Positions 7,079 to 14,997 of a DNA stretch of 44,926 nt are shown piece by piece. The stretch comes from a virus: the IMG/VR virus record IMGVR_UViG_3300045119_000122, positions 1-44,926 of that record. One strand, 5' to 3'. Each line of letters begins with the position of its first letter. Position 1 is the first letter of the stretch. The notes under the pieces were generated by a model. The model did no database searches. It saw nothing but the letters and a program-made list of their open reading frames with translations, and was not told the origin of the DNA. Position numbers and translations under genes: made by a program.

Positions 7079-7482
7079 TACTAAATACTGGCAAAGGTAA
7101 GTCATACACTTCTAGCCCTGAAATGACTAACGAAGTCAAACTAGAAAAATACATTCAGGACTGGAATCTAACTGAGGCTGAGAAGCGTCATCTTACTGGC
7201 CACTTTCTGCGCAACTGGACTCAAACTGAGCTGGAAGACAAACTAGTATTTGACCAGACTAGCGGAGTAGTTAAAGTTAGTTTGTGGAAAGTAGATTACA
7301 CACCAGTGTTTCAGGGCGAGCAGACTGCATGGGATCGACTGTGCTATCTAGCAGTGCGAGGAAAAGCTGACCCATTTTTTAACAAAAGTAGAGAGCCTAA
7401 ATTCTGGCTTAGTTTCCGATCTGGAATAATTGATGGTGAGAAATTTAATCTAGTAATTATTCAAGAGGATAAGAAACTATGA
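7075..7482 (+). CDS. Hypothetical protein, 135 aa
   Basis: ATGA overlap with the upstream gene. Confidence 0.7.
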   Translation: MILNTGKGKSYTSSPEMTNEVKLEKYIQDWNLTEAEKRHLTGHFLRNWTQTELEDKLVFDQTSGVVKVSLWKVDYTPVFQGEQTAWDRLCYLAVRGKADPFFNKSREPKFWLSFRSGIIDGEKFNLVIIQEDKKL

Positions 7483-7691
7483 GCCGAGAAAACTTGTTCG
7501 GCAGCAGCCGGTGGCAACCGGGACGCCGACTGGTAAGTGTTTATGAAGCTAAGGCAGCGCAGAAGTTACTACTTAAGCAGGGACACACTGAAATGTATGC
7601 CTTTGCTGTAGTGTGTGAAGCTTCCCAAGTTGCAATAGAGAAAGTAGACTCCTTTATTAACCTTATGATTCAGTCCGCTAAGGAATCTTAA
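7479..7691 (+). CDS. Hypothetical protein, 70 aa
   Basis: ATGA overlap with the upstream gene. Confidence 0.6.
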   Translation: MSRENLFGSSRWQPGRRLVSVYEAKAAQKLLLKQGHTEMYAFAVVCEASQVAIEKVDSFINLMIQSAKES

Positions 7692-7694
7692 CTA

Positions 7695-9479
7695 ATGAAT
7701 ATGAAAGTGGAATCACCCGTAGAAAAACTGAGACGGCTAGCCCGTGAATCCCGCGAACGCCGAGAGGGTGTAGCAGCAGCGCCACTAGATAACACTAAAA
7801 TAGCAGAAGCATTACAGGAACTGGCTGCACCAGAACCTAGTTTCAACGGTGTGCCTTACACTGAGCGCCAGTTACTAGCCATTACTTACGCAACTCAAGG
7901 TGCCAGTTTTTGTATGACTGGTGCAGCTGGTACTGGTAAAACAACCACTACCCGCGGAGTTGTGTCTGCACTAATTCAAAGTAATAAGATTCCAACTCTT
8001 AAGATTACCCACAACTATCTAAGTTCTGGTACGTCCGGAATAGTAGGCTGTGCATTTACTAACAAAGCTGTGCAGAATATCAAGCGGGTAATGCCAAAGG
8101 ATCTGCAAGGTAACTTCATCACTATTCACAAACTACTAGAATTCCAGCCTGAATACTGGGAAGAGTATGATGATGAGAAAGGTAAAGTAGTTACCAAGAT
8201 GGAGTTTAAACCATCTCGTAATAAAAACAATCCACTACCAGAAAGTCTAAAGGTACTGATAATTGAAGAAGCTACCATGGTTTCTATTGACTTATGGAAT
8301 ATGCTATTTGACGCGCTACCAATCGGCGGCAATATTCAAATCATTCTGGTAGGTGACATTCAGCAGTTACCGCCAGTATTTGGTAAGTCTATCTTTATCC
8401 ACGCAATGCAAGTCGGCATTAAAGTAGTAGAACTAGATCAAGTTCACCGGCAAGCGCTAGATTCACCGATCCTAGAACTAGCGCACCGTGTGTTGTCCGG
8501 TAAGATCATTCCCGGAGTAGAGCTGAAAGAGTGGAACAAAGAAACTTCCAGCGGTAAAGTTACTATTGTGCCATGGAAAAAGTCACTGACTCCTGAGATT
8601 GCAGTGCGTAAAGTAGCGAAAGACTTTCTACCTAATGCAATTAAGGAAGGTACATACCATCCATTTGAGGATGTTGTGCTGTGCCCGTTTAACGTTAACT
8701 TCGGTGTGGTTGAGATTAACAGGCACATTGCTACTTACTTGGCTCAGTCTGAGAAGTGGAATCCAGAAGGTAATCTGGTGTATGAAGTAATTGGCGGAGT
8801 TAATACAAAGTATTTCCGCATTGGTGACAAGGTTCTGTGGAATAAAACTGAGCACATTGTCACAGATATTAAAGTTAACAGTAAATACTATGAGAAAGAT
8901 CCTCAGCTACCAAGTCAGACACTTGATTACTGGGGAACCGAAACTGACGAGCATGCACAAGATGCAATGATGGCATTGCTGGCAGGTGATACCGGTGCAG
9001 GTGATGCGCACAGTAAAAAGATCGATCTGTTACTAGCTTCATTTGACCAGCTGGCAGATAGTAATGGCGAGAAAGCTCAGTCCCGGCAATGCAGTCACAT
9101 TATTAAGGTGCAGTCTAATGACTTTCCAGAATCAGAAATATCTACTAGCGGTGATCTTGCCTTACTTGACTTGGCTTATGCTATTACTGTTCATAAATCT
9201 CAGGGGTCTGAATATCGTAGAGTCTTTTTTGTCACGCACAAATCCCACGCAACAATGTTATTTCGTGAGCTTGTTTACACTGCCATCACGCGAGCCAAGG
9301 AAGAATTGGTAGTTATATGCCCAGACAATCTATTTGTGGCTGGCATTACTAGCCAACGATTGCCAGGTAAGACATTAGCTGAAAAGATTGCAGCGTTTCA
9401 ACGGTATCTGGAAACAAGTAAAGTCTCTAGTACTGAACTGCCGAGAGGCATTGGATTACTTGTTGGTAATGAGGGTTAA
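7695..9479 (+). CDS. SF1 DNA helicase, RecD/Dda-like
   Basis: Walker A GAAGTGKTTT, Walker B LIIEEATMVS, motif III ILVGDIQQLPPV, C-terminal AITVHKSQGSEY. Confidence 0.85.
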   Translation: MNMKVESPVEKLRRLARESRERREGVAAAPLDNTKIAEALQELAAPEPSFNGVPYTERQLLAITYATQGASFCMTGAAGTGKTTTTRGVVSALIQSNKIPTLKITHNYLSSGTSGIVGCAFTNKAVQNIKRVMPKDLQGNFITIHKLLEFQPEYWEEYDDEKGKVVTKMEFKPSRNKNNPLPESLKVLIIEEATMVSIDLWNMLFDALPIGGNIQIILVGDIQQLPPVFGKSIFIHAMQVGIKVVELDQVHRQALDSPILELAHRVLSGKIIPGVELKEWNKETSSGKVTIVPWKKSLTPEIAVRKVAKDFLPNAIKEGTYHPFEDVVLCPFNVNFGVVEINRHIATYLAQSEKWNPEGNLVYEVIGGVNTKYFRIGDKVLWNKTEHIVTDIKVNSKYYEKDPQLPSQTLDYWGTETDEHAQDAMMALLAGDTGAGDAHSKKIDLLLASFDQLADSNGEKAQSRQCSHIIKVQSNDFPESEISTSGDLALLDLAYAITVHKSQGSEYRRVFFVTHKSHATMLFRELVYTAITRAKEELVVICPDNLFVAGITSQRLPGKTLAEKIAAFQRYLETSKVSSTELPRGIGLLVGNEG

Positions 9480-9482
9480 GAT

Positions 9483-9716
9483 ATGATTGACGCAAATAAA
9501 GCAGCAAGTAAAATTACAAGTCAGCGAGTTAAAGTAGCTATGGATAGTCTGCAAATTCTAATCATTAAAGCTTGTGAAGAGGATGCAACTGAGACTTACA
9601 TAACAGTGCCTTATGATTTGTGGCAAGTAATCAGACTCGAGTTAGTAGCTCTAAATTATCAGACTGAAAGTATTGGCAATGATCAATACAAGGTTAAATG
9701 GGGGCATTTGATATGA
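9483..9716 (+). CDS. Hypothetical protein, 77 aa
   Basis: Track ORF. Confidence 0.6.
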   Translation: MIDANKAASKITSQRVKVAMDSLQILIIKACEEDATETYITVPYDLWQVIRLELVALNYQTESIGNDQYKVKWGHLI

Positions 9717-9982
9717 ATAGAGAATCTAGTGACCTGCAAATATTGCAGCGTAAAAACTCTTGGGCCAAACGCCAGATTAAGGGAGCTACTAGCGGATACA
9801 TGAAAGCTAGCGAGCAGCTAGGACTTAAACAAGCGCAGTTAGTAGAGCTGCAAAAGACTATTCTGAAACTCGAAACTACTATGCTCAATCAGTTAGCAGA
9901 GAATTACGAAGCAACTAAAGCCACAATCTTGTGGGAACGTCAAACTGGTAAGAAGCTGGGAGTAACTAACTCTAGCCAGTAA
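9713..9982 (+). CDS. Hypothetical coiled-coil protein, 89 aa
   Basis: Track ORF 9698..9982. The ATG at 9713 overlaps the upstream TGA (ATGA). Confidence 0.55.
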   Translation: MNRESSDLQILQRKNSWAKRQIKGATSGYMKASEQLGLKQAQLVELQKTILKLETTMLNQLAENYEATKATILWERQTGKKLGVTNSSQ

Positions 9983-9998
9983 AGAAAAAAATCACCCC

Positions 9999-10027
9999 TT
10001 GACGCGGGGGGCCATTTGAGAGACAAT
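9999..10027 (+). promoter_or_regulatory. Candidate promoter TTGACG-17-GACAAT embedded in an 8-bp GC inverted repeat
   Basis: -35 at 9999-10004 and -10 at 10022-10027. CGCGGGGG(10003-10010)/CCCCCGCG(10030-10037) flank the spacer. Confidence 0.35.
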
Positions 10028-10109
10028 CACCCCCGCGATGCAGCATTCCCCGCTGAATTTTCTGCAACACTCTCCGCGAATATCTCGCACTTAATTAAGG
10101 AAACAAATC

Positions 10110-10718
10110 ATGACTCAAGTACAACTGGCAGTAACCACCGACGCTAAGTTCAACTACCGTGAAAACAAAGAAACTAGAGTTAAGCGCCCGTCGCTGGAGC
10201 TGAAAGTTCCTACCGTAACTGTAGCAGCAATTGCTGAGTATCTGGGCAGCGAAGATCCTAAAGTAGTTTCGCTGGTAGTAGATAACATTCAAGCAGTTAT
10301 CACTAACTTGGTTCGCAGCTACGCAGATAACGATCTGGAATTCTCGCAAGAGAAACTGGACGCACTGATTGCTGAAGGCAAGATTGCTCTGGAAGTTGTG
10401 GCTAACCTGCCACGCTCTGAGCGTAACAGCCTCACTAACGAAGATCTGGCAGCCTTTGGCGCAGTTTATTTCAAGCTGGCTCAGGAACTGCTGGACAAGT
10501 CGGAAGGCCAAGCAACTGCTGCTGTTGTTGTATTTAACAGCCGCGTTAAAAAGATTGCTGGTAACGTTGCTGCTCTCAACAAAGTCAAAGCTGACTTGGA
10601 AACTTTCCTTGAGAAAGCTGATGACGCAGTTATTGAAGAGCATGCCCGCTCCCTGCAATATCTGACCAGCAAGATCGACGAGTACTTGGCTGAAGATATC
10701 ACTGAAGACAGCCTGTAA
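10110..10718 (+). CDS. Acidic helical protein, 202 aa, paralog of 2890..3549, probably highly expressed. Ends ...DITEDSL
   Basis: Track ORF. Own promoter candidate and terminator. Codon choice resembles the capsid gene. Confidence 0.8.
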   Translation: MTQVQLAVTTDAKFNYRENKETRVKRPSLELKVPTVTVAAIAEYLGSEDPKVVSLVVDNIQAVITNLVRSYADNDLEFSQEKLDALIAEGKIALEVVANLPRSERNSLTNEDLAAFGAVYFKLAQELLDKSEGQATAAVVVFNSRVKKIAGNVAALNKVKADLETFLEKADDAVIEEHARSLQYLTSKIDEYLAEDITEDSL

Positions 10719-10758
10719 TTCGAAACAAACTTTGAGTAGGCCAACTGCTCAACTACTT

Positions 10759-10777
10759 AGCCCGCCTTGTGCGGGCT
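10759..10777 (+). terminator. Hairpin terminator with a short U-tract, possibly leaky
   Basis: AGCCCGC/GCGGGCT stem, CTTGT loop, then TTTG. Confidence 0.5.
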
Positions 10778-10779
10778 TT

Positions 10780-11482
10780 GTCAGTAGTGAAGTTTGTCCG
10801 CGCAGCCGTTGTGCACAAACCGAGTACGCCAGCAACTTCACAGTGAGGACGAGGAAAAGATACTACAGTTGTGCTAGCGTATCTACTGAGCCGCAACGCA
10901 GGATATTCGTACCTTACCTAATTTAACCCGCCTTTCCTAATTGGATTGTGCGGGTTAAGTCAGTAGTAGGGTTTGTTAGTATCTGCTGTGAGTACGGGTT
11001 CGATCCCCGATAAGCTATTATGCTGAATATGCTGGTGCATAGATAAGACGTAAGACTCAGGGTTGGATTCCCTGCACTAACTTACTTTACTAATCGGAGA
11101 AAGTACCAGAACTAAAAAGACTGGGAAATGCTGAGTATTCCAGACGAATTTGAGCCGGGCACTGGAAGAGAATCTAAAAAGCCCCTTAAAGATTCGGGTC
11201 GGCGGTCACTGCCGCGAAGTTGGTTAGGTCTTATGTCACGGTGAGTTACTAACCTCAGTAGAAAGTGTGACAACAATTGCGTAGCAGACAAGGAAGTTAA
11301 AGGAGACTAAGTTATAGATACTACCCGCTAAGGCTGGTATATACCCTCCTGCTACATGTGGTCGCTGCGCCACGTTAAATCCAGCAGCAACTAATTCAAA
11401 GGTACGCACGCTAACAGTGCTATCTAAAACTGCCTCAGGTTAGCCCAATGCGAATTGGTAACTAGCACTGGGGCTTTTTGTT
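10780..11482 (+). ncRNA. Candidate large structured non-coding RNA region (class unknown)
   Basis: About 700 nt with no credible ORF in a compact genome. Many local hairpins, for example GTGAAGTT(10787-10794)/AACTTCAC(10834-10841), AGATAC(10857-10862)/GTATCT(10878-10883) and CCAAT-GCGA-ATTGG (11445-11458, GNRA loop). Also T-arm-like GGGTTCGATCCCC. A T-run at 11475-11479 is a possible 3' end. Strand and ends are inferred. Confidence 0.35.
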
Positions 11483-11498
11483 GCCACGAGGAAATTAA

Positions 11499-11753
11499 AT
11501 GCTATATCTAACTAGTGTTGCGGTTAGCTTTGTAGCTGTATTCCTAAAAGGTTTTCAACACAAGAATGTAATTGCTGGAAAATACTCAGCTACTTTTTAT
11601 ACTTCATTTGCAATGGCTGCTTTTGATTGGGCTACCATTACAATAGTGTTAAAAGGTGGCTGGATAGTTGCAATAACTGCTGGAACTGGTGCAGCGTTTG
11701 GTATGATTACAGCCATGGCGTTGCATGATAAATTATTTAAATCAAAAGGATAG
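11499..11753 (+). CDS. Small membrane protein with three predicted TM segments (holin-like topology)
   Basis: Track ORF. Hydrophobic segments and a charged C-terminus, HDKLFKSKG. Confidence 0.6.
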   Translation: MLYLTSVAVSFVAVFLKGFQHKNVIAGKYSATFYTSFAMAAFDWATITIVLKGGWIVAITAGTGAAFGMITAMALHDKLFKSKG

Positions 11754-11758
11754 ACAAT

Positions 11759-12067
11759 ATGAGTCAAGTACATTGCACATTTAGTGCAGAAGAAATTTTG
11801 GCTAAGAATGGTTTGACTGAGATTACTAAAGCTAAACCATTTCCGGTAGTGGGCCAGATCTGCTACATCAAACACCAAGTTAAACGCACAAGCTCTGGTG
11901 AAACTCTGGGACTTAATCGCGCAGATGGTAAGCCAGTAGCAGCACTTATTACCGCTGTGTATCTGGATGGCACTGTGCGCACTGGCATCAGTGACGTGTG
12001 GGAAGTAACTCCAGGAACTAACAATACTTGGGAAACAGTCAATCCATTTCATGGTAAGTCGGAGTAA
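11759..12067 (+). CDS. Hypothetical protein, 102 aa
   Basis: Track ORF. Confidence 0.65.
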   Translation: MSQVHCTFSAEEILAKNGLTEITKAKPFPVVGQICYIKHQVKRTSSGETLGLNRADGKPVAALITAVYLDGTVRTGISDVWEVTPGTNNTWETVNPFHGKSE

Positions 12068-12069
12068 GC

Positions 12070-12786
12070 ATGAGCCAGACAGCACAGATTAAAAAGTTCA
12101 ATTTTACAGAGTCACAGCTGACTAAGTTGTGCAAAATGCAAGACGAACTCAATACTTACATTCACCCTAACTGGAAGTGGCAAGGATTTGATTGGGAAAC
12201 TGCTGTAAACGATGAGTGTCTTGAAATTCTAGGACATCTTGGTTGGAAGTGGTGGAAAGATAAAACTTATAAGCAAGGGGTTACTGAAGCTAACAAGGCT
12301 CAGATTAAACTGGAACTGATTGACCTGCTGCATTTTGTAGTTAGTAGCCGTATTGAGAACGCCCCAGATGGAGAGAATGGATTCCTGGAAGTGGGAATTA
12401 ATGTAGCATTTGACCCAACTGGTTACGGATTTTACGAGAGTGTTAAAACTCTGCAACAAGATGCATTGCACTACGGAATTAATACTGACACGGTGCAGTT
12501 TCTTACCAGACTTATGCATCTAGTTGATATGACTGAGCAGGAGATTCTGGAAACTTACACGCAGAAGTATGTGTTGAATAAGTTTCGTCAGGATCACGGA
12601 TATAAAGACGGTAGCTATGTTAAGGAATGGGAACTGGAAGATAATCTTGGTGGTTTGCGTCTCGAAGATAACGAAGTTCTAGCTCGGGAAGTTAAGGCTC
12701 TCGTATTAGAAGGCCAAGATACTACCGACGAAACAATCCTTTACGAGCGGCTAGAGTTGCGCTATAATTCACGCCTGAACAAGTGA
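12070..12786 (+). CDS. All-alpha NTP pyrophosphohydrolase, dimeric-dUTPase-like
   Basis: Pattern ...ECLEILGHLGWKWWKDK...ELIDLLHFVVS resembles dimeric dUTPase (dUTPase_2) motifs. Recalled from memory, not searched. Confidence 0.55.
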   Translation: MSQTAQIKKFNFTESQLTKLCKMQDELNTYIHPNWKWQGFDWETAVNDECLEILGHLGWKWWKDKTYKQGVTEANKAQIKLELIDLLHFVVSSRIENAPDGENGFLEVGINVAFDPTGYGFYESVKTLQQDALHYGINTDTVQFLTRLMHLVDMTEQEILETYTQKYVLNKFRQDHGYKDGSYVKEWELEDNLGGLRLEDNEVLAREVKALVLEGQDTTDETILYERLELRYNSRLNK

Positions 12787-12811
12787 TTGTAACTTAGGCG
12801 GGAGATTAATC

Positions 12812-13504
12812 ATGGCAGAATCATTGGCAGAAAGGCTTAAGCGGATAGCTGCTGAGAAGAAAGCAGCGGCAGCTAAGGTAACTGAGCCAGTTGCGGAGGT
12901 AAGCAGTGATGACAGACTGGAGCCAGTACGGGAAGGAGAAGTCGCCGGAGCAGCAGATATTACAACTTCGGCAGACACTGACAACAGCCCAGTTGGAACT
13001 GGCGGAGACTCGGCAACAGTTGAAACTGGCTGTGGCAGCGAAACAGCCAGTCAGTCAGATAGAACTAAAGTCAGCTTGGAGTCTGATCCAACTGCTGGAG
13101 AATCGGCTAGCAGCAACGAAGGGCTGGAATCGGGACATGCAGTACCAGTTGGATCAGACTCACAAGCATCGAGTAGCTTGGAAGTCCTTGACAATTCTGA
13201 GCTGGTTGATTCTACTCGTGTTGATGTACTTCCTGAACACCCACTAGCAATGCAGTTTGCAGAACTAGAGGCCGCTCTACTAGCTCGTGATCCAACATTT
13301 AAAACTATCTTGCGTCAAGTTCACCAGCATCTGGGCAAAGATCCTGAGCTAGTAACTATGATGACTGAAGAAGAAGTAGCAATGATAGTTGGTGGGCTTG
13401 TGCTATTTGCTAACACAGAAATTGTAGAGCCAGCGAAAGCTAAGGGTGTAAAGAAAGCAGTAGCGGCTGCAAAGAAAGTTGTAATCAGCGCAGACGATTT
13501 GTAG
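12812..13504 (+). CDS. Acidic protein, 230 aa, with a long low-complexity S/T/D/E linker. Ends ...VISADDL
   Basis: Track ORF. GGGAGA SD. Codon position 1 is strongly G-rich throughout. Confidence 0.7.
   Translation: MAESLAERLKRIAAEKKAAAAKVTEPVAEVSSDDRLEPVREGEVAGAADITTSADTDNSPVGTGGDSATVETGCGSETASQSDRTKVSLESDPTAGESASSNEGLESGHAVPVGSDSQASSSLEVLDNSELVDSTRVDVLPEHPLAMQFAELEAALLARDPTFKTILRQVHQHLGKDPELVTMMTEEEVAMIVGGLVLFANTEIVEPAKAKGVKKAVAAAKKVVISADDL
12909..13247 (+). CDS. Embedded out-of-frame ORF, 112 aa: Q/L-rich helical region plus a C-terminal TM segment (candidate overprinted gene)
   Basis: GGAGG at 12895-12899 lies 6 nt before GTG 12906 and 9 nt before ATG 12909. The product ends ...SLTILSWLILLVLMYFLNTH. 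It lies entirely within the disordered linker of 12812..13504. Confidence 0.35.
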   Translation: MTDWSQYGKEKSPEQQILQLRQTLTTAQLELAETRQQLKLAVAAKQPVSQIELKSAWSLIQLLENRLAATKGWNRDMQYQLDQTHKHRVAWKSLTILSWLILLVLMYFLNTH

Positions 13505-13519
13505 TAGTGGGAGTTAGTG

Positions 13520-13984
13520 ATGGCTAAGTTTGGTCGGGCATTGTGGGAAGCAAGTGACGCAGGACAATCAGTCGGGCAACTAGAGACGGCTGTATCACTG
13601 TGGCTTCGCACTTTAGGAACCCCACTAGACGACCAACTTGGCCTAGCTAATATGATTAGATTGTTAGTAAAGCCAGCAAACTCTCTGTACTTTGCAGAGG
13701 GTATTCCAAAGTTGCCAAGGACAGTAACATCTACTGGTGTAATGGTGCCACACATTCCAGGAATATCTATTCTCTGGGCTAGTGAGGCTAATGCTATTCA
13801 CCCTAGGCTAACTTTGGAATATCTAAAGTATGCAAGTCAAGAAGTAAGGATGAACCTTAGTTGGCTTGAGTATGCCCTTGCCAAGGCGATCGGGTCGCTG
13901 TATAATTCGGGCGTAGATTGGACAAGCCGATTGGGTAAGAAGATTGAAACAATTGCAGGAATCGAAAAGGTAGACTGGCTATGA
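13520..13984 (+). CDS. Hypothetical protein, 154 aa
   Basis: Track ORF 13517..13984. The ATG at 13520 follows GTGGGAG. Confidence 0.65.
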   Translation: MAKFGRALWEASDAGQSVGQLETAVSLWLRTLGTPLDDQLGLANMIRLLVKPANSLYFAEGIPKLPRTVTSTGVMVPHIPGISILWASEANAIHPRLTLEYLKYASQEVRMNLSWLEYALAKAIGSLYNSGVDWTSRLGKKIETIAGIEKVDWL

Positions 13985-14997
13985 ATTTCCTAGATGATTT
14001 AGATTCTCTTCCTAACTTTCTGGATCAGCCAGCGCCCACTGCTCTGATGATTCCAGTAGTTAACTTGCCAGAAGGCGCAGTAGATCCAAGACTGAGCCGA
14101 CTGTCCTACTCAGGGCTACTTGATTTGCACGCATGCCCACGCAAGTTTCAGCTGAATAAACTTCAAGCCGAGAAGCCTGAGCAAGACATTAGTACTAGTG
14201 TCACATTTGCCTACGGGCATGCAATTGGTGAAGGAATTCAGCAGTTTCTAATTCACCGTGGCCAAGGTTCTGAGAAAGCATTTCAAACTGCTATATGGAA
14301 AATGTTCTTAGCTTGGGATTGCGACTTGCTGGACGAGAACCATAAGCAGAAGAAGAGTTTCCTTAGAGCAGTTGCTGCTATGATCCAATTCAAATCTATG
14401 TCAGACGAAGGTCTGATAGGTGAAGAGTGGGAAGTAGCAGAATTTAATGGTAAGCCAGCGGCCGAGCTGGGATTTAAGATTGATCTTGGCGATGGATTTT
14501 ATTACCGCGGCTATGTGGATTTGGTGCTGCGTAATAAATATACTGGTGAGTATCTGATTCTGGAATTGAAAACCAGTTCAGCAAATTACATTAACCATTA
14601 CAGCTATAAGAATTCAGCTCAGGCAATTGGATATAGTGTGGTGCTTGACACTATTGCACCGGGCGTATCCAGTTACGGTGTACAGTATCTAGTATACATG
14701 ACTAAGCTAGAACAATTTGAAGCGTTTGACTTTCCCAAGTCGTTTCGTCAGCGGGTGCAGTGGCTACAGGATGTTATCTGGGATAAGAAACAGATCCAAG
14801 ATATGGAAGCATTCTACGGTGCTGATGGCATCTGGCAAGTACGCGGTGAAAGTTGCTGTGACTTCGGTAGAGTCTGTGACTACATGGATATCTGCGGACT
14901 GGAAACTAAGTCATTGGTATCTCCGCTGCTGGAGAGTCAGCTAGTGGAAGATAAGACCTATGACTTTAACTTTACATTGCAGGAGTTGCTGACATGA
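13981..14997 (+). CDS. PD-(D/E)XK nuclease, Cas4/RecB-like, with a Cys cluster
   Basis: GYVDLVL...LILELKTS (D...ExK). Cysteines at HACPRKF and CCDFGRVCDYMDIC suggest an Fe-S cluster. ATGA coupling. Confidence 0.7.
   Translation: MNFLDDLDSLPNFLDQPAPTALMIPVVNLPEGAVDPRLSRLSYSGLLDLHACPRKFQLNKLQAEKPEQDISTSVTFAYGHAIGEGIQQFLIHRGQGSEKAFQTAIWKMFLAWDCDLLDENHKQKKSFLRAVAAMIQFKSMSDEGLIGEEWEVAEFNGKPAAELGFKIDLGDGFYYRGYVDLVLRNKYTGEYLILELKTSSANYINHYSYKNSAQAIGYSVVLDTIAPGVSSYGVQYLVYMTKLEQFEAFDFPKSFRQRVQWLQDVIWDKKQIQDMEAFYGADGIWQVRGESCCDFGRVCDYMDICGLETKSLVSPLLESQLVEDKTYDFNFTLQELLT

Noticed and set aside
10095-10744. ORFs 10095..10658(-), 10369..10665(+) and 10481..10744(-) overlapping gene 10110..10718
   Set aside because: These are alternative or antisense frames of a strongly biased Ala/Leu/Glu-rich gene. 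They have non-ATG starts without an SD, and their products are basic and hydrophobic, typical of shadow frames.
10732-10926. ORF of 64 aa in the large non-coding region
   Set aside because: It has no SD, it starts inside the terminator region of the upstream gene, and the product is Cys/Arg/Ser-rich. I treat the region as non-coding.
10974-11084. A canonical tRNA gene suggested by GGTTCGATCC-type T-arm motifs
   Set aside because: I could not assemble acceptor, D and anticodon arms at tRNA spacing. The best acceptor pairing spans about 110 nt. It is reported only as a tRNA-like motif.
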